From assembly GCA_049598495.1 (NCBI GenBank), contig JBMYNR010000005.1:15618-79617 (forward strand): a stretch of 64,000 nucleotides of DNA, given 5' to 3'. The stretch's first letter is position 1; each line of letters opens with the position of its first letter. Of the stretch, positions 20,196 through 30,529 are shown in pieces. The translations under genes were made by a program, and so were the position numbers. The stretch comes from Opitutales bacterium (lineage in GTDB: Bacteria; Verrucomicrobiota; Verrucomicrobiia; Opitutales; Coraliomargaritaceae). The notes beneath the pieces were generated by a model, which saw only the letters and a list, made by a program, of their open reading frames with translations, did no database searches and was not told where the DNA came from.

Positions 20196-22343
20196 ATGTC
20201 CGCTACAAAAACAGCGCCAGTTAATTCGCCGAAACGTATGTTCCCCTTGGAGCATACCCGTAATATCGGCATAGCTGCGCATATCGATGCGGGAAAGACG
20301 ACGACGACGGAAAGAATTCTATTTTATGCTGGTGTTGTCCACAAGATGGGTGAGGTGCACGAGGGCAGTGCCGTTACCGATTGGATGGATCAAGAGCGCG
20401 AGCGTGGCATTACCATCACCTCGGCTGCCATTTCTTGCAACTGGACCAACCAAAGCGGTCCATTCAAAGGGATTTCTCACCAAATCAATATTATTGATAC
20501 CCCAGGGCACGTCGATTTTACGGCCGAGGTGGAGCGCTCCTTACGTGTTCTTGACGGTGCAGTCGGTGTCTTTTGTGCCGTAGCCGGTGTGCAGCCTCAG
20601 TCGGAGACGGTCTGGCGGCAGATGACGAAATACAAGGTCCCGCGTATTGCCTTTGTTAATAAAATGGATCGTGTTGGCGCTGACTATTTCGGCGCGATCG
20701 AATCCATGCGGGAACGCCTTGGTGCGAATGCCCATCCGATCTTCCTTCCGATTGGATCGGAAGAGGATTTTATAGGTTTGATCGACCTCGCCTCCATGGA
20801 GGCCCGTATCTATGACGTGGCTGACGAGTCGGGCATGACCTACGAGATCGGTGAGATCCCCGCCGCATACACCGAGCAGGCTGCGGAGTATCGTGAGAAG
20901 TTGATCGAGGCTCTGGCCGATTTCGACGATGCCTTAGCCGAGAAGTATCTCGAAGGTGAAGAACTGGCGGCCGATGATATCCGCGCAGCGATCCGCAAGG
21001 CGACGGTTTCCCTCGGTTTCTGTGGCGTTATTCCCGGAAGTGCCTTCAAGAACAAAGGTGTTCAGGCAGTTCTCGATGCAGTGGTCAATTATCTGCCCAA
21101 TCCATTGGAACTACCGCCAATGAAGGGGGAGAACGCTAAGGGTGCTGAGGTTGAAGTGCGACCGGATGATAACGCCAAGTTCGCAGGTCTCGCGTTTAAA
21201 TTAATGAACGACGGCTACGTTGGGAAGCTTGTCTTCATGCGTGTTTATGCGGGCACTTTGGCCAAGGGCACAGCGCTCTACAATCCTCGTACCGGCAAGA
21301 CTGAGCGAATTTCCCGCCTGCTGATCATGAAGGCGGATTCCCGAGAGGATATTGATGTGGCCTATTCCGGCGATATCTGCGCGATTGTGGGCGCGCGCGA
21401 TGTGGTTACAGGTGATACACTTTGTACTAAAGGTTACGATGTCCGCCTTGAGCCGCCGACATTCCCGGAGCCTGTGATTTCCATGTCGATCGAGCCCAAG
21501 ACCAGCGCTGACCAAGAAAAGATGGCAACGGGTCTGCAGCGTCTATCTGAGGAGGACCCAACCTTTGTGGTCAGTTCCGATGAAGAAACCGGGCAGACGA
21601 TTATCGCTGGAATGGGGGAGCTACACCTTGAGATTATCAAAGACCGGCTCTTTCGTGAATTCAAGGTGGGGGCCGAAGCAGGGCGTCCGCAGATTGCCTA
21701 CCGTGAAACCGTTTCCGCGCAGTCCGAAGGGGAGGGCAAGTTTGTTCGCCAGACTGGGGGCAGTGGTCAATACGGCCATGCCCGCATCAAACTTGAGCCC
21801 CTGGAGCGGGGCAAGGGGATCGAGGTCGAAGACAAGATCGTTGGCGGCGCCATTCCGAAAGAGTTTATCAAGCCTACGATCGACGGCATTCGTGAAGCAG
21901 CTAACAACGGATGTGTTTGCGGGTATCCCGTGGTCGATTTCAAGGTCACCCTCTTTGATGGCTCCTTCCACGATGTCGACTCCTCCGAGATGTCCTTCAA
22001 GATGGCGGGTATCTTTGCTTTCCGGGACGCCATGGAAAAGGCTGGCCCGCTACTGCTTGAGCCGATGATGAAGGTCGAGGTCGAGTCTCCGGAAGACTAC
22101 CAGGGTGATATCATGGGTGACCTCAATCGTCGTCGTGGCCAGATCCAAAATGTAGCCAGCAAGACCGCATTCGTTACCATCTCCGCGCTCGTTCCGCTGC
22201 AAGAGATGTTCGGCTATGCCACTGTGGTGCGCTCTCTCAGTAAGGGACGCGCCTCCTACAGTATGGAGCCCGAATCCTTCGAGCCCGTGCCGCCCAATGT
22301 CCTTAACACCATCTTGGAGACATCCACCAGGGGCAGGTATTAA
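20196..22343 (+). CDS. fusA: Elongation factor G
   Basis: [39 protein letters not shown]. Confidence 0.99.
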   Translation: MSATKTAPVNSPKRMFPLEHTRNIGIAAHIDAGKTTTTERILFYAGVVHKMGEVHEGSAVTDWMDQERERGITITSAAISCNWTNQSGPFKGISHQINIIDTPGHVDFTAEVERSLRVLDGAVGVFCAVAGVQPQSETVWRQMTKYKVPRIAFVNKMDRVGADYFGAIESMRERLGANAHPIFLPIGSEEDFIGLIDLASMEARIYDVADESGMTYEIGEIPAAYTEQAAEYREKLIEALADFDDALAEKYLEGEELAADDIRAAIRKATVSLGFCGVIPGSAFKNKGVQAVLDAVVNYLPNPLELPPMKGENAKGAEVEVRPDDNAKFAGLAFKLMNDGYVGKLVFMRVYAGTLAKGTALYNPRTGKTERISRLLIMKADSREDIDVAYSGDICAIVGARDVVTGDTLCTKGYDVRLEPPTFPEPVISMSIEPKTSADQEKMATGLQRLSEEDPTFVVSSDEETGQTIIAGMGELHLEIIKDRLFREFKVGAEAGRPQIAYRETVSAQSEGEGKFVRQTGGSGQYGHARIKLEPLERGKGIEVEDKIVGGAIPKEFIKPTIDGIREAANNGCVCGYPVVDFKVTLFDGSFHDVDSSEMSFKMAGIFAFRDAMEKAGPLLLEPMMKVEVESPEDYQGDIMGDLNRRRGQIQNVASKTAFVTISALVPLQEMFGYATVVRSLSKGRASYSMEPESFEPVPPNVLNTILETSTRGRY

Positions 22344-22386
22344 TTTCCAACAATCAACTAAACAACTTAACCAAACAAAATAAATC

Positions 22387-22695
<309 letters not shown>

Positions 22696-22714
22696 TCGAT
22701 CGCGATAGATTTAC

Positions 22715-22749
22715 AAAAGCCCCGTATCCTCGTGACACGGGGCTTTTTT
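22715..22749 (+). terminator. Intrinsic terminator after rpsJ
   Basis: AAAAGCCCCGT-N11-ACGGGGCTTTTTT. Confidence 0.9.
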
Positions 22750-22836
22750 ATGCGAACAAGTCCGACTCGGGTTGCTGTGAGCCAGTATCGAATTAGGTTG
22801 TTTTTCAAGGCGTGCTGAAACTATTGTCACGGATTC

Positions 22837-23778
22837 ATGTCTTCCGTTAGCGTTAACAAGTCCCCGCTGCGTCGGCTAATCGATGGAGTGGGCCCGGTCG
22901 ATCAAGTTGCGATTGAGGAGCGCGTTGCTAAGTTCACGACACGGAGTATCAAGAAGGGCAGCAAGACTCAGGGGCTAAAGTTGGCAGTTTCCATGGTCGA
23001 TCTGACGACACTCGAGGGGAAGGACTCTCCGGGCAAGGTGCAGTCGCTCTGCAGGAAGGCGCAGTCTCCGGCTCCGGAGTTTCCCCACCTGAAAGTCGCT
23101 GCCGTGTGCGTCTATCCTGCCATGGTGAAGCATGCCCGCAAGTTTCTTGGTGACTCGCCCATCGGTATCGCTTCAGTTGCAACAGGCTTTCCTTCTGGCC
23201 AATATCCGCTCCGCACCCGTCTGCAGGAAGTGAAGCAGGCGGTCCGCGATGGCGCCACTGAGATCGACATGGTGATTCACCGAGGTGCGTTCCTCGCTGG
23301 TCAGGTTCAGCAGGTGCAGGATGAGATCGCCGCAGTCGCCGAAGCCTGTGGTGAGGCCACGCTCAAAGTGATTCTCGAAGTGAGCGAACTGGAGACCTTC
23401 GATAATATCCGTGCCGCGTCTTTTCTCGCGATGAACGTTCTGCGGCCGAACGACTTTATTAAAACCAGCACCGGTAAGACCTCTGGAAATGCAACACTTG
23501 CGAATAATCAGGTTATGCTGGAAGCTATCCGCGACTTCTATCTCGAAACGGGCACCCCGATCTCGATGAAGCCGGCCGGTGGGATCAAGACGGCAAAGCA
23601 GGCCCTACATTATCTCGTTGCGGTCAAGGAGACCCTCGGCGACAATTGGTTGAACAACCGGCGCTATCGTTTCGGTGCCAGTTCACTTCTAAATGACCTT
23701 CTCATGCAACTCCGTAAGCAAGATGAAGGCGTCTATCAGGCGCCATGGAAATTCAGCGATTCCAGTTCAGGTTATTAA
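22837..23778 (+). CDS. deoC: Deoxyribose-phosphate aldolase (long form)
   Basis: VDLTTLEG, AAVCVYP, GFPSGQ, EIDMVI, LKVILE, FIKTSTGK, KPAGGIK, RFGASSLL. Confidence 0.95.
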   Translation: MSSVSVNKSPLRRLIDGVGPVDQVAIEERVAKFTTRSIKKGSKTQGLKLAVSMVDLTTLEGKDSPGKVQSLCRKAQSPAPEFPHLKVAAVCVYPAMVKHARKFLGDSPIGIASVATGFPSGQYPLRTRLQEVKQAVRDGATEIDMVIHRGAFLAGQVQQVQDEIAAVAEACGEATLKVILEVSELETFDNIRAASFLAMNVLRPNDFIKTSTGKTSGNATLANNQVMLEAIRDFYLETGTPISMKPAGGIKTAKQALHYLVAVKETLGDNWLNNRRYRFGASSLLNDLLMQLRKQDEGVYQAPWKFSDSSSGY

Positions 23779-23796
23779 TTCTACTCGTTCCGAATC

Positions 23797-25299
23797 ATGC
23801 CCGCAAAGCGTATTACTAAATCCAGCCCACGAGGCAAGAAAGCTCCCGAACTCCTATTTGGCGATCTCTGGGAGTTTGATCCGGCACCCGAAACCGCCGA
23901 GCCAAATTTGAGTGAGCGCTATTCGCTCTATATCGGTGGTCAACAGCTTGCACCCAAGAGTCGTAAGTTCTTCGAATCGATCGATCCTTCAACGGAGAAG
24001 ATTCTCGCTAAAATCCCGGCTGCCGGGAAAGCGGACGTCGATGCTGCTTTCGCTGCTGCTGAAACGGGCTTAAATAAATATTGGGCGAAGCTCTCTGGTA
24101 AGGAACGGGGCAAGTATCTCTACCGCATCGCCCGTCTTTTGCAGGACCGAGCGCGAGAATTCGCCGTGGTGGAGACCCTCGATGGTGGAAAGCCAATCAA
24201 GGAATCACGAGATTTCGACATCCCGATGGCGGCGGCCCATTTCTTTTATTATGCAGGCTGGGCCGACAAGCTCGAATATGCGCTGCCGGGTGCTTCTTTC
24301 AAACCCTACGGAGTGATCGGGCAGATCATCCCATGGAATTTCCCACTCCTCATGCTGGCTTGGAAAATCGCACCGGCGCTTGCCGCAGGCAACTGCGTGG
24401 TGATTAAACCGGCCGAGACGACTTCGATCACTGCTCTTAAGTTCGCCGAGATTCTGCAGGAAGCTGAGTTGCCGCCCGGTGTGGTGAATATTATTTCGGG
24501 AGCAGGGGCAACCGGTCAATACATCGTGAATCACCCCGCGGCGTCTAAGATCGCCTTCACCGGATCGACGGATGTCGGCAAGGCAATTCTCAAGGCAACT
24601 GCTGGGACGGGCAAAGGCCTCACGCTGGAACTCGGGGGTAAGGCGGCCAATATCGTTTTTGAAGATGCGCCCATTGACCAGGCGGTCGAAGGCGTGATCA
24701 ACGGAATCTTCTTCAATCAGGGCCACGTCTGCTGTGCAGGTAGTCGCCTGCTGGTTCAGGAATCGATTGCCGAGACCTTCGTCAAGAAGCTGAAGACTCG
24801 TATCGCCTCACTCCGCGTAGGCAACCCGCTCGACAAGAACACCGATATCGGAGCGATTAACTCGAGGGAGCAGCTCGACCGTATTCGTGAGCTGGTCAAC
24901 AGTGGAGTCGACGAGGGTGCCGAGCTTTTCCAGAGCTCATGTCCGATCCCCAAGAAAGGCTTCTTCTTCCGTCCCTCGCTCTTTGAAGGAGTGACTCTGA
25001 GTCATCGAATTGCCCGTGAGGAGATCTTTGGCCCTGTCCTCAGCATTCTGACCTTCCGCACCGTCAGCGAAGCGATCGAAAAGGCCAATAATACAGCCTA
25101 CGGTCTTGCCGCAGGTGTGTGGACGGATAAGGGCTCAAAGATTTTAGAGATGAGCACCGCTCTGAACGCAGGTGTCGTTTGGGCAAATACCTATAACAAA
25201 TTTGATCCGACTTCGCCCTTCGGCGGTTATAAGGAAAGCGGATTTGGCCGCGAGGGTGGCAAACAGGGTATTTGCGATTACCTTAAGGTTGAATCCTAA
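23797..25299 (+). CDS. Aldehyde dehydrogenase, catalytic subunit
   Basis: IIPWNFPL, KPAE, FTGST, LELGGK (catalytic Glu), GHVCCAG (catalytic Cys), EEIFGPV, PFGGYKESGFGREGG. Confidence 0.95.
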   Translation: MPAKRITKSSPRGKKAPELLFGDLWEFDPAPETAEPNLSERYSLYIGGQQLAPKSRKFFESIDPSTEKILAKIPAAGKADVDAAFAAAETGLNKYWAKLSGKERGKYLYRIARLLQDRAREFAVVETLDGGKPIKESRDFDIPMAAAHFFYYAGWADKLEYALPGASFKPYGVIGQIIPWNFPLLMLAWKIAPALAAGNCVVIKPAETTSITALKFAEILQEAELPPGVVNIISGAGATGQYIVNHPAASKIAFTGSTDVGKAILKATAGTGKGLTLELGGKAANIVFEDAPIDQAVEGVINGIFFNQGHVCCAGSRLLVQESIAETFVKKLKTRIASLRVGNPLDKNTDIGAINSREQLDRIRELVNSGVDEGAELFQSSCPIPKKGFFFRPSLFEGVTLSHRIAREEIFGPVLSILTFRTVSEAIEKANNTAYGLAAGVWTDKGSKILEMSTALNAGVVWANTYNKFDPTSPFGGYKESGFGREGGKQGICDYLKVES

Positions 25300-25313
25300 A
25301 ATTCACTAGATCC

Positions 25314-26183
25314 ATGTCCCGTATACCGATAACGAAAACACCCAAAGCCTACGTTGGCGGAAAATTCATGCGTTCTGAAAGTGGGCGCGTCTTTGCGCTC
25401 AACAACAAGCGCGGTGAGTTTCTCTGCAACATTCCCCAGTGCACCCGCAAAGACTTGCGCAATGCAGTCGAGGCCGCAGGCAAAGCAGGCGGTGATTGGG
25501 CAGGGCGGAGCGCCTACAACCGGGGGCAGATTCTCTATCGTCTCGGTGAGATGATGGAGGCCCGCGCAGAAGAGCTCGCGCAGGCAATTTCGATCACCGG
25601 TGAGGTAACGATCGCCAGTGCGCGTCGTGAGGTGTCGATCGCGATCGATCGTGTTATCTATTATTCTGGCTGGACGGATAAATACGAGCAAGTGCTCGGC
25701 AACACGAACCCTGTCGCCGGTTCGTTCTTCAATTTCTCAGTCACCGAGCCTGTGGGCGTCGTTGGAGTGGTCGCTCCCGATGCACCCTCGCTGCTGGGAC
25801 TGATTTCTCAGGTGCTACCGGTGATCACATCCGGCAACGCGGTCGTTGCGCTGGCTTCGACCGCGAATCCTTATCCGGTCATTTTACTGGGTGAAATGCT
25901 GGCCACTTCCGATCTTCCGGGGGGTGTGCTTAATCTCATGACCGGCTACCGTGCCGAATTGCTGGAGACCTTTGCCAGTCATGAGCACATTCGTGGCCTC
26001 GATCTTTCGGTGGACGCAGAGGACCGGGCCAAGGTAGAGGTTCTGGCCGCCGAGAGTATCAAGCGGGTCAAAATCCGGGAGCAGGCGGATACGCGCTCCT
26101 GGGTTGGTGAGAAGGCCCAGTCTATCTACGCCATCCGCAGCTTCCTCGAGTTCAAGACTACTTGGCACCCCATCGGAGTGTAG
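25314..26183 (+). CDS. Truncated aldehyde dehydrogenase-like protein (NAD-binding-type fold only, no catalytic domain)
   Basis: ALDH N-terminal features (YNRGQILYR, YYSGWTDK, EPVGVVG, LPGGVLN). PWNFP is replaced by PDAPS and there is no ELGGK or catalytic Cys; 289 aa. Confidence 0.85.
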   Translation: MSRIPITKTPKAYVGGKFMRSESGRVFALNNKRGEFLCNIPQCTRKDLRNAVEAAGKAGGDWAGRSAYNRGQILYRLGEMMEARAEELAQAISITGEVTIASARREVSIAIDRVIYYSGWTDKYEQVLGNTNPVAGSFFNFSVTEPVGVVGVVAPDAPSLLGLISQVLPVITSGNAVVALASTANPYPVILLGEMLATSDLPGGVLNLMTGYRAELLETFASHEHIRGLDLSVDAEDRAKVEVLAAESIKRVKIREQADTRSWVGEKAQSIYAIRSFLEFKTTWHPIGV

Positions 26184-26214
26184 GGCCATAGGTGACGGCG
26201 ATATACAATCGCCG

Positions 26215-26238
26215 AATAGTAAACAAGTGTTCACTATT
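26215..26238. promoter_or_regulatory. Operator-like palindrome immediately upstream of the candidate ssb promoter
   Basis: AATAGTAAACA-AG-TGTTCACTATT (11-bp arms, 1 mismatch), followed by TTGACA at 26242 and CATAGT at 26266. Confidence 0.55.
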
Positions 26239-26354
26239 TTATTGACAGCCGTTTTGGGACTGTCGCATAGTAGTGCTGTCGGTCATCAGCTGGTGGTCGA
26301 TTGAATGCGATTCATTCGCAGCAAGCTAATAACACGTAACTGAAAGGAAATATC

Positions 26355-26720
26355 ATGAATCAAACCGTCATCACTGGAAACCTCACTGCGGACATCGAAA
26401 CCCGCGAAATCAAGACCCGAGACGGGGAACAACACCTCAGCAAGTTTACCCTTGGGTGCAATGAGGGCGAAAGGGTGGTCTTTATGCCCGTCGAGGCATG
26501 GAATATGCCGCATCTGGCCGAACATCTATTCAAAGGCTCGAAAGCCTTGATCTCCGGGTCGCTCAAACAGGATAGTTGGGAGACCGATACGGGGGAGAAA
26601 CGAAGCCGTATCGTGCTGAATGCCTACAAGGTTGAGTTCCTCGATCCCGCTCCCGAGCAGTCCCGTCCGGCCGTCGGCAGAGGAAAGAACGGGGCTCGTT
26701 CCCGTCATCGTGCCGCTTAA
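26355..26720 (+). CDS. ssb: Single-stranded DNA-binding protein paralog lacking the acidic C-terminal tail
   Basis: MNQTVITGNLTAD, VEAWN, KGSKALISGSLKQDSWET..GEKRSR. 121 aa ending RSRHRAA. SD-like AAAGGA upstream. Confidence 0.88.
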   Translation: MNQTVITGNLTADIETREIKTRDGEQHLSKFTLGCNEGERVVFMPVEAWNMPHLAEHLFKGSKALISGSLKQDSWETDTGEKRSRIVLNAYKVEFLDPAPEQSRPAVGRGKNGARSRHRAA

Positions 26721-26742
26721 TTGAGCCAGTTATCTCAGTCCC

Positions 26743-26775
26743 GAGGCCCGCGATTCACTGAACCGCGGGCTTTTT
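26743..26775 (+). terminator. Intrinsic terminator after ssb
   Basis: GGCCCGCG-ATTCACTGAAC-CGCGGGCTTTTT. Confidence 0.85.
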
Positions 26776-26999
26776 CGTGCCTAAAATGGCCGATTTCGGG
26801 CGATTTTTGCCGAATTTTTGGAAAATCCGAAAAAGTACGAAAAATATTTCACTTTTTGGAAAATCAGGGGTTGACGAATCTTGCTGCGCCCTCTTTTTTC
26901 CGTCGCTCGCTTCCCAACTGAGGCGATCCCACAGATTTTTTTAACTCCCTAATGCAGGTCTAGGAAACGGAGCCTCCGCTCCACCTGCCACTTAGTATT

Positions 27000-27644
27000 A
27001 TGAACGTAGCCCTACTTGGTAAAAAGATAGGAATGACTCAGGTATTCGACGAAAACAATCGTCTGGTGCCGGTTACAGTCATTGAAGCAGGACCCTGCCC
27101 GGTAACGCAGATCAAGTCCACTGATACGGACGGTTATGACGCCGTTCAGATCGGTTTTCGCCCTCAAAAGGAGCACCGTCTCTCGAAAGCAGCTCTCGGT
27201 CACTTCAAAAAGGCAGGTGTGGATCCCATGGCTGAGCTTCAGGAGTTCCGCACAAACGGTGATGCTGATGTCAACGTGGGTGATGTTCTTACGGTCGAGA
27301 AGTTTGAGGCCGGTCAGAAGATCGACGTCATCGGGACCTCAAAGGGGCGCGGCTTTCAAGGTGTGGTCAAGCGCTATGGCTTCGCCGGTGGTCCTGCCTC
27401 TCACGGTTCCATGTTCCACCGCCGTGGTGGTTCTTATGGTATGTGCCAATGGCCTGGTCACGTGATCAAGGGTAAGAAGATGCCCGGTCACATGGGTGAT
27501 GCCCGTCGCACAGTCCAGAATCTCGAAATTGTTAAAGTCATCGCGGAGAAGAATCTCATCCTAATCAAGGGGAGTGTTCCCGGCTCGCGTGGCTCCCTCG
27601 TCACAGTCCGCACAGCGGTCAAAACCAAAAAGGCCCAGGCATAA
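27000..27644 (+). CDS. rplC: 50S ribosomal protein L3
   Basis: LLGKKIGMTQVF, GTSKGRGFQG, KGKKMPGHMG. Confidence 0.99.
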   Translation: MNVALLGKKIGMTQVFDENNRLVPVTVIEAGPCPVTQIKSTDTDGYDAVQIGFRPQKEHRLSKAALGHFKKAGVDPMAELQEFRTNGDADVNVGDVLTVEKFEAGQKIDVIGTSKGRGFQGVVKRYGFAGGPASHGSMFHRRGGSYGMCQWPGHVIKGKKMPGHMGDARRTVQNLEIVKVIAEKNLILIKGSVPGSRGSLVTVRTAVKTKKAQA

Positions 27645-27670
27645 ACTGAGCGAGGAAAGGAAATAACACG

Positions 27671-28306
27671 ATGAAACTCAAAGTTTACACAGCCGACGGT
27701 TCCTCCAGCTCCGAGAAGGAGTATGCACTCCCTGCTTTTGAAGGTGACAAGGGTGTTGCGGCGCTCCGTCAAGTCGTTCTTGCTCACCAGGCCAATGCTC
27801 GTCAGGGCAACGCTTCGTCCAAGACCCGCGCCGAAGTGGCCGGTTCCGGTAAGAAGCTCTTCCGCCAAAAAGGGAGTGGCACGGCTCGTCAGGGCACACG
27901 TCGCGTTCCCCATCAACGTCATGGTGGTGTGGCTCATGGTCCGAAGCCCCGCGATTACTCTCAGAAGATCAATCGCAAGATGAAGGACCTCGCCTTCCAG
28001 CGCGCACTTTTCGAGCGTGCGACCGAAGGTGGTCTCTCCGTTATCGAGGCTCTTGAAGTTAAGGAACCCAAGACGAAGCTTTTCAATCAAGTTCTCACCG
28101 CTGTTCTTCCGAAGCGTGGCAAGGTCTTGATTGTTGACGATCAATTTGAAAATAATGCCGCTCTGGCAGCCCGCAATATAGATGGAGTCTCTCTCTCCGA
28201 AGCGGGTGACTTGAGCACGCTGGATGTTGTGCGCTACCGCCACATCATCGTCAGCGCGAAGGGCATCGAAACTATCATTGCACGTGCCAACGGCGCTGCC
28301 GAATAA
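27671..28306 (+). CDS. rplD: 50S ribosomal protein L4
   Basis: RQGNASSKTRAEV, RQKGSGTARQG, GGVAHGPKPR. Confidence 0.98.
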   Translation: MKLKVYTADGSSSSEKEYALPAFEGDKGVAALRQVVLAHQANARQGNASSKTRAEVAGSGKKLFRQKGSGTARQGTRRVPHQRHGGVAHGPKPRDYSQKINRKMKDLAFQRALFERATEGGLSVIEALEVKEPKTKLFNQVLTAVLPKRGKVLIVDDQFENNAALAARNIDGVSLSEAGDLSTLDVVRYRHIIVSAKGIETIIARANGAAE

Positions 28307-28320
28307 AGTAGAGGTAAGCC

Positions 28321-28611
28321 ATGATCATCGCAGATAAAATTCTCCTCGAATACCGCGTCACTGAGAAGGCGGCCAATCTTTCGGCCAACTTCAACCAGTA
28401 TACCTTCGAAGTTGCGCCGACCGCTAATCGCATCGAGGTCGCGCGCGCTGTCGCCAAGACCTTCAATGTCGAAGTGGTTAACGTGAACATTCTTAACAAA
28501 AAGCCCAAGGTTAAGGCCGACCGCAGTCGTCGCGGCAAGGTAGGCACCAAGGGCGGCCATAAGAAGGCCATCGTCACTCTTAAAGAGGGCGATAAGATCG
28601 AACTCGTCTAA
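28321..28611 (+). CDS. rplW: 50S ribosomal protein L23
   Basis: VTEKA, YTFEV, KKAIVTL. Confidence 0.97.
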   Translation: MIIADKILLEYRVTEKAANLSANFNQYTFEVAPTANRIEVARAVAKTFNVEVVNVNILNKKPKVKADRSRRGKVGTKGGHKKAIVTLKEGDKIELV

Positions 28612-28640
28612 GCACAAAGGGACCCAAACGGACACAGACC

Positions 28641-29486
<846 letters not shown>

Positions 29487-29501
29487 ACCGAATTACCAGC
29501 T

Positions 29502-29765
29502 ATGTCTCGTTCCGTAAAAAAAGGTTTCTTTGTCGATCCGCACCTTGCCAAAAAGGTTGAGGTCGCGCAGGCCAACAACGATCGCAAGCCGATCCAGACC
29601 TGGTCGCGCCGTTCCACTATTACGCCTGACTTTGTCGGCCTCAACTTCAACGTGCACAACGGTCGCAGCTTCCTGCCTGTCTATGTCACTGAAAACATGG
29701 TTGGCCACAAGTTGGGCGAGTTCGCCCCGACTCGTACCTTCAAGGGTCACCCAACCGGTAAATAA
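29502..29765 (+). CDS. rpsS: 30S ribosomal protein S19
   Basis: [29 protein letters not shown]. Confidence 0.99.
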   Translation: MSRSVKKGFFVDPHLAKKVEVAQANNDRKPIQTWSRRSTITPDFVGLNFNVHNGRSFLPVYVTENMVGHKLGEFAPTRTFKGHPTGK

Positions 29766-29784
29766 CCTCTCTCGCTAACGCGCT

Positions 29785-30153
29785 ATGCAATTTCTCCAAA
29801 CAGTTCGCACGCTTGTCGGCACGCTCCTTTTGGGCGCGATGCTGTCCGGTGCTGCTGTGCACGGAGAAGAGCCCGCTTTCGTTGAAGAGTCACTTTACAG
29901 CCCGAACGCCGCTCCTGTGGCGGAGGTTATGCCCACGCTTGCAGCCGATGTCGTTCTCCTCGACGGCGGCCTCGAGCAAGGCATCCGCCGGGGTATGGTC
30001 TGCCGTGTCTCTCGCGGCCAACGCTCTATCGGCGAACTCGTTATTATTGAATCACGCAGCGACCGTGCCGCAGGTCTTATCCTAAAACTGGTCGGCGACT
30101 CCATTATCCAAGCGGGCGACATGGCCCGAATTAAAACAATTCAAAACAGCTGA
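29785..30153 (+). CDS. Hypothetical exported protein (signal peptide, small beta domain resembling the FlgT C-terminal domain)
   Basis: Fills the rpsS-rplV gap with 19 nt and 5 nt spacers. N-terminal hydrophobic stretch ending VHG-EE. Pattern VLLDGGLEQGIRRGMVCRV...IGELVII...AAGLI...IQAGDMA. Confidence 0.7.
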   Translation: MQFLQTVRTLVGTLLLGAMLSGAAVHGEEPAFVEESLYSPNAAPVAEVMPTLAADVVLLDGGLEQGIRRGMVCRVSRGQRSIGELVIIESRSDRAAGLILKLVGDSIIQAGDMARIKTIQNS

Positions 30154-30158
30154 ATCTC

Positions 30159-30494
30159 ATGCAGGTCCAAGCCTACACTAAATACGCCCGTATGTCGCCC
30201 CGCAAGGTGCGCGAGATCACCAAGGCCATTCAAGGTCGCAACGCCGCCGAGGCGGTTGAAGTGCTTCGCTTCATCCCGCGCAAGTCGGCACGTCTCGTGA
30301 GCAAGACTCTCCAGTCGGCCATCGCGAATGCGGAAAATAATAATAATCTATCATCGGACGCGCTCACGATCGAGTCGGCTACCGTCGAGCAGGGCCCCGC
30401 TTTCAAGCGCTTTCGTCCCGCTGCACGTGGTTCCGCACACCCATATAAGAAAGCAACGAGCCATATCCGCATCATCCTCACCGACGAGGCATAA
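30159..30494 (+). CDS. rplV: 50S ribosomal protein L22
   Basis: ARMSPRKVR, SAIANAENN, KRFRPAARG. Confidence 0.98.
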   Translation: MQVQAYTKYARMSPRKVREITKAIQGRNAAEAVEVLRFIPRKSARLVSKTLQSAIANAENNNNLSSDALTIESATVEQGPAFKRFRPAARGSAHPYKKATSHIRIILTDEA

Positions 30495-30529
30495 GCCTCA
30501 GAGCTACTTTAAAACGACACCTACAAATT

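Noticed and set aside
25296..25320. Frameshifted single ALDH gene or pseudogene
   Set aside because: The first ORF ends at the normal ALDH C-terminus and the second has its own ATG after a 14-nt spacer, consistent with two genes.
22837..26720. Prophage or genomic island as the source of the block in the S10 operon
   Set aside because: No integrase, transposase, att-like direct repeats or obvious compositional shift; the genes are metabolic.
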